Below are positions 51,929-63,759 of a stretch of 64,000 nucleotides of DNA, piece by piece. Numbering within the stretch: the first letter of the stretch is position 1; every line of letters starts with the position of its first letter. The translations under genes and the position numbers were made by a program. The DNA is from Octopus sinensis. Its lineage: Eukaryota. Under the pieces are notes generated by a model. The model made no database searches, was not told the origin of the DNA, and saw nothing but the letters and a program-made list of their open reading frames with translations. The stretch lies in NCBI RefSeq assembly GCF_006345805.1, contig NC_043005.1:88784001-88848000 (forward strand). Reading direction: 5' to 3'.

Positions 51929-52301
51929 TAAAAGTGGTCAACCCTCTAAATTTTTTATTTTTTAAATATGCTAGGCCACTAGTTTTAATTGATTGATATC
52001 AATTTATACCTTTATTTAATTATATATATATATATATGTAGCTATGTGTGTGTCTATGTGTATTTGTTTGTCACCCACCACTACTTGATGACCAGTGTTG
52101 GTTTGTTTATGTCTCCATAACTTAATGGTTAAAAATAAACCAATGGAATCAGCACCAGGCATAAAAAAGTTCTGGGGTCAATTAATTCAAGTAAAAGTTT
52201 TTCAAGGCGGTGCCCCAGCATGGCCGCAGTCAAATGGCTGAAACGAGTAAATGATAAAAGATAAAGAATACACAGAAAATGGTAAATGTAATATCACTTA
52301 C

Positions 52302-52515
52302 CAGTTTAGCATCAAAATTAGGGTCCGTTTTAGAAGCTGAGGAATGGTAAACATTTTCCAGGTTTCTACTCTTTTATTATTCGATGAGGGTATGTTGACG
52401 ATTTCTGTTTGAGGCAAAACTGTTTTGTTCAGTTTGGCGATGTTGCTAAGAATTATGTTGGCATCTTTTGTTCTCTTTTTATTGAGGAGCCATCGGGGGA
52501 GACTCGTCTAGGAAA
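52302..52515 (-). pseudogene. SLC22-family exon (ESPRW loop) with a +1 frameshift
   Basis: FLDESP[+C]RWLLNKKRTKDANIILSNIAKLNK...TWKMFTIPQLLKRTLILMLN TG|GTAAGT; 214 bp where phase 2-to-2 needs 213; acceptor is an unusual AAG. Confidence 0.85.
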
Positions 52516-52575
52516 CTTGCAAATAGAAAACGGAAAACCTCATGAATACAACCGCATATACACAATTCACATACA

Positions 52576-52640
<65 letters not shown>

Positions 52641-53131
52641 TTTCGTACAGACAGATATTGGAAGATCGATAGACTGGTAGATAGGGAGATAGATATACAT
52701 TTGTTGAAGGTGCCATACAATGAGACTGAACCCAGAACCATGCAGTTGGGAAGCAAACTTCTTACCACACACCCACACCTGTTAAAAATCAAGTGAAGTC
52801 TATATTTTAAGCGTCCTAAAGTACCCGTCCATAAACAACGAATGTTTTCCCCGCAAAATTGGATTCAGACGGAGGTATAGGTGTTAGATCAGAGGTTTGC
52901 TTCCCCTAGAGAGATATCTAAACAAAGACTAAGGGTTCCTTACCCCCAACTGCCCTTTGATGGGTTTATGTTTCTCATCCTGGAGGGTGTCCGACACAAA
53001 CCCCCACCTCACTCCCACCCGCCTTCCCAAGCAAGCTTGTTAGGGTTGCAAGTTTAGCCGCCAACTATGTGACGAGTTGTACATGCATACAGACACACAC
53101 ACACATCCGTCCATCTACCCATACATACGTC

Positions 53132-53163
<32 letters not shown>

Positions 53164-53382
53164 CATATATACATACATCCATACATTCATGTACTCACAG
53201 TACATACATGTACACATCCAGCCATACATATACATAGACGTCCATACACGCATACATACATACATAGATCCATTGATCATATAACCATATATGTATATAC
53301 ACATCTATCCATCCATCCATCCATCCATCCAGTCAGCCTGCCAACCAGCCAGCCACCCACACTTACATACCTGCATACCTAC

Positions 53383-53554
53383 CAGACATAGACGATACCG
53401 AGCACCAGTGACGGGATTGATATTATGATCATCAAAGTCTTCCAGGTCCTCACAAAGTAAGTCAGAAGAGAAATGATCAGGTATCCGATGGCAAATAGCA
53501 TCTGGGAGGCTATGCTAGATTTTATTCTATTGTTCGCCGAAGAGACTTCAGCAG
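53383..53554 (-). CDS. SLC22-family transporter internal exon (around TM5-6)
   Basis: ttccag|(A)AEVSSANNRIKSSIASQMLFAIGYLIISLLTYFVRTWKTLMIIISIPSLVLGIVYV TG|GTAGGT; 172 bp, phase 1 to 2. Confidence 0.9.
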
Positions 53555-53650
53555 CTGGAATTTGAAACAATGGTGACAACATTTAAGAAAGATGATGATA
53601 TAAAGAGGGAATTTATAATACACACACACATGCACGCGCATATGTGTGTG

Positions 53651-53710
<60 letters not shown>

Positions 53711-53719
53711 ATTAAAACA

Positions 53720-54217
53720 CTTGTCTTTAGCCGAATTTGGTTAACAATATCCAGCAATCAGACACCAATCAATGCAAGTAGAATACACATCGAAAGTAAT
53801 TCCTTACGGATGACGAATAGATCTAAATAGCATTTAGAAGAATTTCAAGAAATTCAGAGTATTAGACCACAAAACTAGGGATAGAGAAAATCACATCTTT
53901 AATTGTTGAATTCACCAAAGAAAGCCGTCGACCGTTTCTGTTGTATCGCCATATTTAGATACAAGAAATATCATTCAAACTGATACATCTGAAAATACAT
54001 GTTAACACGTTTCCAAGGTAATCCAAAAATTAGTTAAATTCAAAGTGAGCAAAAGGCGCAGGCATTGCTGTGTAGCAAGAAGCTTGCTTGTCAATCACGT
54101 GGTTCCGAGTTCAGTCACTCTGCATGGCACCTTGGGCAAGTGTCTTTTACCATAACTCCAGACCAACCAAAGCTTTGAGACTGAATTTGGTAGACGGAAA
54201 CTGAAAGAAGCATGTCG

Positions 54218-54252
<35 letters not shown>

Positions 54253-54257
54253 GTATA

Positions 54258-54342
<85 letters not shown>

Positions 54343-55125
54343 ATATATAGGGAGAGAGAGAGAAAGAGAAAAGATGAAAAATACTAAAATATTTTCTACC
54401 TTATATATATGTGTGTTTGTGTGTGTATATATATGTATGTTTGTGTGTCTTTGTGTCTGTGTTTGTCCTCCATCCCCGCTTTAAAACCAATGTTAGAGTG
54501 TTTGCTCCCTGTAACTTAATGGTTCAGCAAAAGAAACCGATAAATTAAGTACCAGGCTTTTAAAAATATAAGTCCTGAGGTTGATTTGTTCGACTAAAAA
54601 CATTTCAAGGTGCCCCAGATTGGACGCAGTCTAATGACTAAAACAAGTAAAAAATAGAAGTGGAGAAAATATCTCCGGTACACAATCACACACTAGAAGA
54701 ACGTTGAGGAGAAATATAACATTCTAAGAAGAGCCAACCTAGCATTAAACCTTTGATGATGTCAGTCGATAACGAAAGAATAAAAATAAACATATGAAAT
54801 CTACGTCACGGTATCCAGAAATATTGAGATTCCACATCACAACAATCTTTATATTAAATATACTAAATATACTAAACATTTTTAGAAAAATCATGCTTAT
54901 TATATAAAATGCAATTGTAATTAAGAATCGGAATATTTAAATGTCTTAAAAAATTTGCGACATTTTATTGTAAAATTACCATTAAAATTTGATAATGTTA
55001 ATTTAGAAGTAATTACATAATACATTTGTTTTCAAGGGAAAGATCACGTGTAGAATTTAAATCATACTTAATGTTCCTGTCTTTTAAATCCCAAATGATT
55101 TTACAAAGATTTGTAGAATTACTTT
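53720..55125 (-). mobile_element. Penelope-like 3' end interrupted by a SINE at about 54055-54650
   Basis: NSTNLCKIIWDLKDRNIKYDL; colinear with 33420-34275. Confidence 0.65.
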
Positions 55126-55364
55126 TTCTTCTATACTTGAATTACACTGATTATGAAATCTATGTAATAATAATTATGATCCCCTTTTATTACCTTACAT
55201 TGATACACAGTATTTTTCATTAAGCACTGATTTCCTAAAGGACAAACGATTGTGGTTTTAGAATCACACAGGCATTTTTCACTTGTATTTGGTATTCATG
55301 GTTAAAAGAACTTCAAAGAGTTGTCCTCTCAGAATTAGGTGTTAAGGTAGGATTATTATTATTA

Positions 55365-55443
<79 letters not shown>

Positions 55444-55794
55444 ATCTTGGTGCTAACTGTTATCAGAATCGAAATTAATTTTACTTAAAGAATCGAAACC
55501 TACTTTAAAAAAATTGTCATTACAATTAATTTCACAAATCACACTATCGATTCACGTCTTCTTTACAGATTTTGAGTTACGCTATTCTTTAATTTCCCGT
55601 TCGTTATGTGGTGCTAAAATCTCAGCTAAATTTCTGGTGGTTGAATACAAAAGTTTTATACTATGGCGATTAAATAATTTCCTGTATGTATTTGAAGGTG
55701 GGAAATATTTATCTAGTGCACCAAAGAGCTTTTAAGGAATATTGGCAGCTATTGAATATGTGAAAGGTGCATTATGCCATATAATATTCCTTGA

Positions 55795-55923
55795 TTCTTC
55801 TTCTTCTTCTTCTTCTTCTTCTTCTTCTTCTTCTTCTTCTTCTTCTTCTTCTTCTTCTTCTTCTTCTTCTTCTTCTTCTTCTTCTTCTTCTTCTTCTTCT
55901 TCTTCTTCTTCTTCTTCTTCTTC
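55795..55923. repeat. (TTC)n microsatellite
   Basis: Seen directly; source of the poly-K/S/L ORFs. Confidence 0.98.
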
Positions 55924-56185
55924 TTTACACTACGCATATATTTGGTATCTACAGAGTTGGATCCATGCTTTTTAATAATGCGTTCATCTTCAAAACTCCG
56001 ATCACATTTGTATCATTTTTCTTCTTGCTTTTATTTACTTTAGTTAAAGAAGATTGTTTGATGCTTTTATTTCCATCTTTATCTTTTTTACATTCACCTT
56101 CATGTTCCAGTTTATTTAATATTCCCAGAAATGACAGAATAAGTTCTCTCAACCTCTGGAAACATCATTAGTGAAACATGTGGAA

Positions 56186-56259
<74 letters not shown>

Positions 56260-56280
56260 TATATATTATATATATATATA

Positions 56281-56435
56281 TATATTATCTAGAGGGCATT
56301 ACTATACATAAATGCCACACGCTAAGAGGGACTCTTAAAGTCGAAACTACCAAAATAAATAAATTTTAGTAGTTTTGACTTTCAGAGTCCCTCCTAGTGT
56401 GGCATTTATGTATAGTAATGCCTCTAGATAATATA
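56281..56435. mobile_element. Hairpin repeat
   Basis: tatattatctagagggcattactatacataaatgccacac versus gtgtggcatttatgtatagtaatgcctctagataatata. Confidence 0.8.
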
Positions 56436-56525
56436 AATAAATATATTTAAGAGAAAAATTGATGTTTCTTTGTCTCTTATGATGTTTTTTGTGCTAACTA
56501 CTTGATAAATTCTTAGATTTTATCC

Positions 56526-56582
<57 letters not shown>

Positions 56583-56769
56583 CAATTTGAAAAATCCACC
56601 AGAATAGACGAAAGCGCTAATATATGATATATGATATAAGTTATATGATGTATAAAACATGTTATATGCAAATAAATATCTGTGAATATAAAACCATCCG
56701 AATTTCTGAGTACCTCATTTCTTCTAATATACAATACCTGTACATCATCTCCAAACCTTCTAATATATA

Positions 56770-56805
<36 letters not shown>

Positions 56806-56889
56806 TGTATGTATGTATGTATGTATGTATGTATGTATGTATGTATGTATGCATACAGATGTATACTTTGATGCTTTGATAGGTTTCAG

Positions 56890-59400
56890 CCAGTATTGGT
56901 CCAGGCCATGTCTAACTTAATAGCACCACCTGGCAAAGTCATTCAAACCAGGAATCGGACAACATGGCCCGCTCAAGTAGAGAGTTGAGTGAGACATATC
57001 CGGGTGTAGGAGGTTTATCCGGGATTTTTTAAAGGAATTTATCTAAAGACGTCTTGAACATTATGGGGTCTGTTTCTGCTTTAATATGTTTTGGTGTAAT
57101 GTTAAAGAGAGCGGGGCCAATTGAGGTGAAATAATTGTGCTATATAGTTATGTGATGCGAGTATGATTTTTGTCGTGGGCGGATAGCACGGGGCCCAAGT
57201 CTTGGGTGTATCTTAAAGGTGATGCGAACATCATTTGGACAATGCATATTGAATATTTTCCACCTCATGCAGATGATGTAGCGCTCACGGCAGTGGTGGA
57301 GAGAATAAGGCTTGAACTTTTCTAGTCGACCCCAATAGTGAAGGCCTGTCATGCCATCTATCTTTTTTGTAATTGACCTTTGCGGTGCTTCAGTTTTCAT
57401 GATACTTTGTTTCGTGTAGGGAAACCACAGTGGACAACAGTATTCAAGGTGGAGGTAAAAAGTGGAGAAGAGAAGGATAAGGGAGTGGATATCTCTTGAC
57501 TGGACAGTTCTGAGAATCCAGGGTCACATTGTGCGGGCCATATCAACTTTGCTGTTTATATGAGTGGCCCAGTTTATGATGTTGTTCACAATTACTACCA
57601 AGTCTCAGATGTTGTAGGATGCCATGAGAGTTTTATCTGAAATAGGATACCCCGAGTTTCAGGGTATCCTATTTTCCGAAGTGGAATAACTCAAATTTGT
57701 CCTTGTTCAGCAGCATAATATTCTTTCCTGCCCATTGGATTATTACAACCAGTAGGTCTGACTGATGGCATGTCCGGTCACCCACTTCATTGATGACCCT
57801 CTGGATCTTGGAATCAAAGATTCTTATGTTACTGTGCTTGATGATGCCAGTAATGTCATTGATGTAGATGATGAAAAGAAATGGACCCAACACAGTGCCT
57901 TGTGGAACACCACTACTGACTTTGGCTAGGTTTGATTTTACTGTTTCAACTACAACGTGATGGGTTTTGCCTGTCAGGAAACACTTGATCCATTGTAATG
58001 ACTTTCCAGAGACACCAATGCTGGATAGTTTTTTCAGGAGGATCTTATGATCCACTCGGTCAAAGGCCTTGCTGAAATCAAAGTAGATGACATAAGTATC
58101 CGATCCCTATCCCAAAGCTCTCAAAATGTCATCAAAGTGATGCAGGAGCTGTTAGATAGTTCCGTCCATTACGGAACCCATGTTAGTTGGGGTTCAGCAC
58201 TCTGTTGCTTTCAAGAAAGTGGATTATCCGTGATCTCACCACCTTCTCAAATACCTTGATAATTGAGAGGTGAGTGAGATCAGATGGTAGCTCGCTGCAC
58301 GGGACTTGTTTCCCTTTTTGAAAACTGGGACAACAGACTGGAACAGAAAGTTTTCAGGAATATAACCATCATCCAGTGAGTTCCTCCACTCTTTAGCAAG
58401 AGATGCAAGTTGGTGTCGGCACACCTTCGGGGCACAATCAGGGAACCTATCAGAGCCTACTGACGAATTGTGTTTGATTTCGTTTATTGTTGCTAAGACA
58501 TCATGGGCACCAAACGTTATGTCCGATATAGTACGTTGATACAGTCCAGATCGGCCATATCAGGGTTTCTTAAAACAAAGCAGTACTGTTTCTGCAGTAT
58601 CTCACTCATGGTTTTGGCATTATCTTGGAGATTGCTATTTTCATCAATTAGAGGGTCAGCAGTGGAGACAGTGACCCTGTGTTTTTTTCGCAAAACAGAA
58701 TAACTCTTTGGGGGTTGAGTTTGATTTTCTCAATGGCCCATTTCTCCTCAGCTGTTCTTTGGTTATTGATGATGGCCGTAATGCATCGTTGGAGGTTATA
58801 TATTTTTTTTATTCGAGCAGGGTGATAGCTGTCGAATATATATGTGGTTGTCGGAGGTATTTTAGTTTGTTAATATTTTTCTTCGTTCTTTTTATTTTTC
58901 CGATAATCGTGTTTCTGTTTTGGGGAATTCTGCACTTAGTTTCCTTAATAGGTCTCGATGGGATGTGTTTAGCACATATGTTTGTGACGGTGTCTACAAA
59001 GATCTGCCAAGATATTTTGATACTGAAGGAGGTGTGTGTATGTGTCAAAGACCACTCAACATGTGATAGACCATTTATGATTGCATCCCAGTCGGCATCA
59101 TAGAGATCCATAGTGTGAAATGGGTGGGCTGGAGAGAGGTCGCTAGTGTTAACTTTCGGCTGATGAAATCTCAGGTTACAAAGAACCATGTCATGGTCTG
59201 AAAGAAGGGTTTTTTCCCCACTGAAATATTGTGTATTGTGTTAGTGAGGTTACTGAATACAAGGTCTAAAATGTTCTGATATCTTGTTGGTGCAAAGATA
59301 AGTGGGGACAAGAAAAACTCATTCATAAAGTCGAGAAGTGACTCTACTGCTTCTTTGTCAGCAATTGAGGTGGGAGGGCCTGATTTCAAACTGTAGATCA
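56890..59400 (-). mobile_element. CR1/L2-group LINE (APE end plus RT), decayed
   Basis: PTRYQNILDLVF; FQSVVPVFKKGNKS.AASYHLISLTS; DHKILLKKL...SGVPQGTVLGPFLFIIYIND. Confidence 0.9.
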
Positions 59401-59401
59401 A

Positions 59402-59504
59402 TCAGCATATGAAGCTAGCATGCCTCGCTGCACATGCAACCGTGTGCTGTCATCTGTTGGCGCGCTACAGAAGTAGTCCGGGAACTTTTTGATACCACTT
59501 CGTA
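59402..59504. mobile_element. Orphan end of the mariner family seen at 2332-3196
   Basis: ccgggaactttttgataccacttcgta matches the TIR at 3171-3196. Confidence 0.65.
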
Positions 59505-59729
59505 TGTGTTTGCCTAAGCTGTACTCTTCTGTTTTGCCATGACTATTGCCCTTCCACTCAGAGCAACGTAATATTTCTTTTCAGTAATGAGATAAACTAA
59601 AATTGTGGATATGATTAAAACCCCTCAAAGGTCTCTTTCTAATGGAAGGGAGCAGATAAAGAATAAGAGACAGAAAATCACTCAAATTTAAAAATGGACG
59701 TTTATGGTGTTTTGTTGTTGTTTGCTTAC

Positions 59730-59884
59730 CAAGGACAACTGCGGAAATGAAGAGTCCAGCACCACCAATAGCGTTGAGAAAACGTAATACATATATGGCA
59801 TAAATGTTGGAGATGAAGGCCGTTGCTATTCCGGATGACCCTTGCAAAAATAAACTCACAATTATCACTTTCTTGCGACCAAAT
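59730..59884 (-). CDS. SLC22-family transporter internal exon (MFS motif A, around TM3-4)
   Basis: tttcag|A FGRKKVIIVSLFLQGSSGIATAFISNIYAIYVLRFLNAIGGAGLFISAVVL G|GTAAGC; 155 bp, phase 2 to 1; joins the next exon in frame. Confidence 0.9.
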
Positions 59885-59936
59885 CTGAAAAGGATTAAAG
59901 AGAAAAACTTAAATTTCATCTGATTAAACATACACG

Positions 59937-60008
<72 letters not shown>

Positions 60009-60038
60009 CACACACACGCACACACACGCACACACACA

Positions 60039-60470
60039 TGAGGTGTGCTCAAAAGGTATCCGAATTTAATGTTTTCTCCTCCAAATCTAATGTCACTGGG
60101 GCAAAATACTTTGGAGGGGGGTGGGTGACACTGCCCTTCCTGCGCCTGTTGGCTGCATCAGTTCTCGGCTGTTATGCCTAAAGTAAAGATATGCAGTTCT
60201 CACTTGGATTTTCATGTTTGACCAAACGCTTGGTGGTACTCAAGCTCAAACCATCTAGAGAATTCAACAAACCATTGGCGATATGATACCATGGACAAAA
60301 CTCAGATTAAGGAATGATATAACTGCTCCAAACATGGCTTCTACTGAGTGGTGAGTGAGGAATGTTCAGGCAGGCCATCCACAAGCGGAAACGAGGCGGT
60401 GATTGAGAAGATTCAGCGAATAGTTATGGAAGGACATCATGTAACAATCCAGGAAATTACTTATCAAGAA
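60039..60470 (+). mobile_element. Mariner 5' fragment (TIR plus HTH)
   Basis: gaggtgtgctcaaaaggtatccga end; DTMDKTQIKE*Y...SGRPSTSGNEAVIEKIQRIVMEGHHVTIQEI. Confidence 0.7.
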
Positions 60471-61334
60471 CGTTATCCATGAATTCAATAGAATCTTTAA
60501 ATCATCAAATCTTTTGTCCCCCATTTTCCCTTTTGTGAAATTACTTTGGTGAAGAGTTCTTTTATATTATTTGCTTATATTTTCATATATTTTTTGCATT
60601 ATTTTTACTTCACGTCTTTTTATTTCTTCTTGTTATTTTGCTTAAATTAAGGATGGGGAATTCCTGAATTTCTTTCTAGCATTTGAACTTAATTGATATG
60701 AGGATATCCAAATGCGATGAACATTTTTTTCTATAATGATAGCAACACAATATATCTTCACTTTGATATTTACTTCTATTGCCCAAATCCATGTAATTTC
60801 GTCCAATTCTGGCCTTAAGTACATTGTATATATAAAGAGTTGGCTTTATTGTGTATATTTAAAGTTCAACAGTTGATGTTCCGCTAATCAGATGAGCTAG
60901 CGTTCTTTATTTGCTTTAATTTGTGAAGAAACAGTTGTACTATATATTAGTGTTTATTAATGTGTCTTTTACTTGTTTCAGTCTTTCGACTGTGGCCATG
61001 CTGGGGCACTGCCTTGAGGAATGTCTAGTCAAATTCAACGATCCCAGTACTTTTTTCTCAAGCCTGGTACCAATCTTATGGTATGTAGAAATTTATAAAC
61101 GTTTAGGTATTTCTCAACCAGAACTTACCATCTTCCTACATTCTTTTGTTAAAAACAAAACATTGAGGCACCCAATTACTAAGGACTTGAATACTGGACT
61201 TTGTACCTTTGACCTTTGCAATGTCAAATTCAATAAATCCAATAATACCAAAAGCAACAACAATACTCTCACAACTCGTGCCTACCCAAGAAAAGAGAAA
61301 TACATACACACTTGTCTACGTTATTTATAATTAC

Positions 61335-61420
<86 letters not shown>

Positions 61421-61421
<1 letters not shown>

Positions 61422-61579
61422 CTTTCAGGTCACTGCCTGGAATCTAACTTGGAATCTTGGGTTAGTAGTCTGCACTCTTAACCACTATGCCATATGCCCA
61501 GGCATATGGCATAGTGGTTAAGAGTGCAGACTACTAACCCCAAGATTCCAAGTTAGATTCCAGGCAGTGACCTGAAAGA
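61421..61579. repeat. Head-to-head palindrome of two tRNA-SINE heads
   Basis: 61421-61498 versus 61501-61579 differ by one indel; 2-nt loop; (TAA)n tracts on both outer sides. Confidence 0.9.
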
Positions 61580-61679
61580 TAATAATAATAATAATAATAA
61601 TAATATAATAATGATGATAATAATGATAATAATAATAATAACATCGAAAAATGAGAACTCAGGCTCAAAATTTCCACAA

Positions 61680-61725
61680 GACACCTGATGAAGGCTGGAG
61701 GGTATATCAGCCGAAACGTTGTGTT
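61680..61725 (+). ncRNA. Minimal type I hammerhead ribozyme motif with intact core
   Basis: GACAC-CUGAUGA-A-GGCUG-GAGGGUAUAU-CAGCC-GAAAC-GUU-GUGUU. Stem I is 5 bp, stem II is 5 bp, and palindromic AACGUU replaces stem III. Confidence 0.75.
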
Positions 61726-62159
61726 AACAACAAACAAGGTGAGGACAAATATCCCTCAATTTTAAATAATGTAAATAATGTACATAATTCCTCATCTCTT
61801 TAATATAGAACTGTATTACCTACACACTTGTCTACAAATTTCTACCTAAATAAATAAATTCTAAACAATAACATCGTCTCAAATTTAATCAATAAAAATT
61901 TCTCCAAAACACCTCTCCATAATAACTAGCCATAAAAGCGTGATTACCACTCCACTGAAACCCACACACCCAAGGAAGATTCTAGCTCAGACTAACTAAA
62001 GGCAAGATTAACTCTAACGTATTGCAGTCGGACTATGGCTTAGCTGGCCGAAACGTCGAAGTCACTGTCTACAACATTCTTGCTTTAGAATAATAAATAT
62101 TCATTTATATATTATTAACATATATACACACACACGCGCGCGTGTGTAGAGTTATCATT

Positions 62160-62446
62160 ATTTCTAATTCTCTCTAAAGGAGAGTACGGCAGCGGTACTG
62201 GATATAAATTGTTATCGCCAAGCTAACATGGCAGTCCCCTTGCTGGTCAGATAAGAGGCAAAGACCTCAAAACTAGTCTGTGGATGCCAGCCCAGCAAGG
62301 GGAAGCTGCTGACCTCCCTTGTTCGAAGGTTATAATGGACACAGGTTTGTGTGTCACATAGCTAGCTAGAGGCGAAGGCCTCTTGGAACTAATCAATGGC
62401 AGCATTTGTCCTATTTATCTGGACTGCCATGTTAGCTTGGCGATAA

Positions 62447-62451
<5 letters not shown>
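62160..62451. mobile_element. Relative of the 45147-45872 unit with a shorter inverted terminus
   Basis: Shares ...gttcgaaggtt.taatggac.caggtt.gtgtgtca.atagctagctagaggcg...ggcgataactat; degenerate hammerhead at 62248-62278. Confidence 0.75.
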
Positions 62452-62502
<51 letters not shown>

Positions 62503-62569
62503 GACAAAGAACAATTTTTGCCTCTTTTTATGGAGACAAAAGGCTTTTTAAGACTGCAAAAGTGTGCTC

Positions 62570-63145
62570 AAATGAAATTGAGACAGATTAGAAATAAAAA
62601 AAACATTGATTAGAGAACAGACATCAAATTCGAGTCGACGACTTGATATAACACCATACTTCCATACATTTGATCGTATATAAATATAACCATAACCTTC
62701 AACATATAAAGAATACATATATAAAAAAAAAACACAAAAGGTAAAATATATATATAAGCATATAAAAATACAGATAACTGCCTATCACAAAGTTACACAA
62801 TTGAATAAAAATTCTAAAGTGTGTCAAGCAACAAAAAATCTAAATAAAATATGAATAAACTAAATTTTTTATTATTCCCCTGAATTAAAAATATGTCAAA
62901 AAAGTTCATTTCATTAAAACCATTGGTAGGCTGGAGTTAAAGTTTTTTAGTCAATTGATATTTTTATTTAGGTTTTTAGTTGCATGACATGCTTTAGAAT
63001 TTTTAGTCAATTGTATAAACCTTCTTGATAGGCCGTTCTATATATTCGTATTTTTATTTGCACATATATTTTTTACCTTCTGTGTTTTTTTATATATGTA
63101 TTCCTTTTAAATCCATGTTTGTTCTCTAACCAATGTTTTTCTCTA
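62570..63145. mobile_element. Imperfect AT-rich fold-back element
   Basis: About 62570-62850 is mirrored by about 62960-63145 (aattgaataaaaattctaaagtgtgtcaagcaac versus gttgcatgacatgctttagaatttttagtcaatt). Confidence 0.55.
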
Positions 63146-63272
63146 TATATACATATATATATAATACATACCAGAGTAAGCACATAAATGCGAAACAAGG
63201 TGGAAAAAATAGTGCTCGAATACCAGAGGTAGAGTAATATGCTTTATTAAAAAGCAGCAAAAATATCACAAA

Positions 63273-63314
63273 AACTGTTACTCAGAGTTTCACGTTCCCA
63301 TTTGTCAGACAGTT
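63273..63314 (-). ncRNA. Type I hammerhead motif with a G8A change
   Basis: Minus strand AACUGU-CUGACAA-AUG-GGAA-CGU-GAAAC-UCUGA-GUA-ACAGUU; stem I is a perfect 6 bp. Confidence 0.6.
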
Positions 63315-63727
63315 TTGTTTAGAGTGGAACAAAAATAATGTTATAAGCAAACATACAATTAGCTTGATAGATACACATTTAAAAATGGTTTTGTTTCATT
63401 GGTCTTTTCAACTAACGGTTTTTCCAATGACCGGTTACATGCAATGAACAAAATTCAGTATAAAATCATCTTATTATAAAATCGAAGAAAACCTTACATC
63501 AAAAATAGCTTATAAAGAAGGAAAGAGTCTAAATACCCAGGGTCAATAATTATTTGCAAAATATTAATCAATACATTAAAAGTCATATCTGTTAAAAAAA
63601 TTTTTCTTGTTGGGTTACATATACATTTAGCAGTATATGCACATACCAAACCATCTATAATATACATATATACACTAAAACATACACATGTACATAGCTA
63701 CTTACATATACAAGCATATATAGGCAA

Positions 63728-63759
<32 letters not shown>

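Noticed and set aside
61075-61300. Minus-strand GTAAGT donor near 61119 with an open frame upstream
   Set aside because: The translation does not resemble the expected SLC22 exon (WDLVC...G.LSD); more likely a TE remnant.
62020-62075. Other GAAAC-containing hammerhead look-alikes (also near 9765-9840, 11165-11200 and 29420-29445)
   Set aside because: The cores are too degenerate to support a call by eye.
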